NCBI GenBank assembly: GCA_043228905.1
Contig: JBHGNT010000008.1
Span: forward strand, 20,398,001-20,462,000
DNA: 64,000 bases
Reading direction: 5' to 3'
Source: Azolla caroliniana
Lineage: Eukaryota > Plantae > Polypodiophyta
Positions 63,664 through 64,000 of this stretch are shown piece by piece; position 1 is the stretch's first letter, and each line of letters opens with the position of its first letter. Position numbers and translations under genes: made by a program. The notes beneath the pieces were generated by a model. That model was not told where the DNA came from. It made no database searches and saw only the letters and a program-made list of their open reading frames with translations.

Positions 63664-64000
63664 ATGGACCCGCAAACGCTGTTGGAAGCCGCCAAGACAT
63701 GGCTAAAGCAACACGGGCTCGAGGGCTTCTTGATGATGATGGAAGTACCGCCACACAAAGAAGCCGACAAGGTGATCAAAGAAATCGACACAGAGGTCAT
63801 AATGGCGGAGGCGATTCGAGCGTTAACAGGCCTTCCGGAGGGAGGCATACTCACGATTGACAATCCGACCCCGGAGCAACTCATCAGGTATTTTGGTGAG
63901 TACTCCCTAGCCAGCAAGGGCTACCGGACACAGGGCGGCGGAGATATGTTGTTCCGCGAGATTGCTCGTGTGCTCCACGAATACGGCCATGTGTACCCTA
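63664..64000 (+). CDS. Extra ORF downstream of pol, open to the window edge, unknown function
   Basis: MDPQTLLEAAKTWLKQHGLEGFL...IRALTGLPEGG...; 112 codons with no stop; absent from the supplied ORF track because it is unterminated. Confidence 0.6.
   Translation, partial: MDPQTLLEAAKTWLKQHGLEGFLMMMEVPPHKEADKVIKEIDTEVIMAEAIRALTGLPEGGILTIDNPTPEQLIRYFGEYSLASKGYRTQGGGDMLFREIARVLHEYGHVYP

Larger units (their letters stand above)
56509..64000 (+). mobile_element. Ty3/gypsy non-chromovirus (Athila/Tat-like) element, 3' end outside window
   Basis: LTR from TGTTACCG at 56509; gag with CCHC knuckles (CTTCLNSGH, CVICQSKGH, CYYCRQEGH), protease IDGVSG, RT WLSPIVVVPKK/LDGFSGYNQI/FLDD, RNase H VDASD...RNYSTTERE, integrase KWGLDFVGP and WTGPY. 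Confidence 0.92.

Overview
Eukaryotic nuclear DNA from a land plant. A fern or other non-seed plant is inferred from the TE lineages and from a plastid psbI fragment that needs C-to-U editing. The window is a deeply nested transposon cluster around a single host gene, a two-exon GH19 chitinase with a hevein domain (10265..9256, minus). It contains: five Tork/Tnt1-like Ty1/copia copies plus a solo LTR (one copy, 27453..32734, is complete with TSD and has a single premature stop); a second copia family (one near-complete copy and three fragments); two related Ty3/gypsy elements with a tRNA-Trp PBS, 4-bp TSDs and a conserved candidate -1 frameshift after the protease; an Athila/Tat-type gypsy with an extra 3' ORF running off the window; an RTEX-like LINE; a hAT transposase split by a gypsy insertion; an unclassified Cys-rich transposase-like relic; a plastid trnS-GCU/psbI insertion inside an LTR; and a ~2.7-kb direct duplication starting ~480 bp upstream of the chitinase. 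Coordinates were read by eye and may be off by a few bases. Lineage names come from motif recognition, not database searches.
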